DNA of 14,305 nt. It comes from Bdellovibrionota bacterium (GTDB taxonomy: Bacteria; Bdellovibrionota_C; UBA2361; JBGSMV01). This document shows positions 14,224-14,305 of the stretch, piece after piece. The notes under the pieces are model-generated. The model saw only the letters and a list, made by a program, of their open reading frames with translations, made no database searches and had not been told where the DNA came from. The position numbers and the translations under genes were made by a program. The first letter of the stretch is position 1, and the number at the start of each line of letters is the position of its first letter. The DNA lies in assembly GCA_044356455.1 (NCBI GenBank), contig JBIKWF010000113.1, positions 1 through 14,305 of the forward strand, in the 5' to 3' direction.

Positions 14224-14305
14224 CCCAGGAAAAACTCGGCGGTATGGTTGGCGCAGAAACTATTTGCGTTAGCCCACTTTCGTGACAGGCGTATCCTGAC
14301 TAAAC

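Overview
Bacterial chromosomal window. It begins with the 3' part of dnaB and a BacNav-family voltage-gated channel whose filter (TLEGWVE) resembles that of the Ca2+-selective prokaryotic channel CavMr, followed by a small hypothetical ORF. The rest is a cell-surface glycosylation region. On the minus strand is an operon of UbiA-type polyprenyl-phosphate phosphoribosyltransferase, DprE1, DprE2 and a translationally coupled TPR lipoprotein, consistent with a polyprenyl-phospho-arabinofuranose pathway. It is followed by a GT2-GT4 fusion, three DPM1/GtrB-like GT2 enzymes (one fused to a degenerate methyltransferase-like domain) and GDP-L-fucose synthase (fcl). The intergenic DNA carries two unannotated repeat systems. 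(1) A MITE-like family with GGAA...TTCC ends, TTAG flanking duplications and a nested inverted repeat built of 9-bp units: three clear copies plus one divergent relative. (2) GTAG-type REP hairpins, four of which form two doublets (REPIN-like) of exactly 120 bp, with compensatory stem changes. No transposase, RNA gene or CRISPR array is visible. Protein calls come from motif recognition by eye; no database searches were run.
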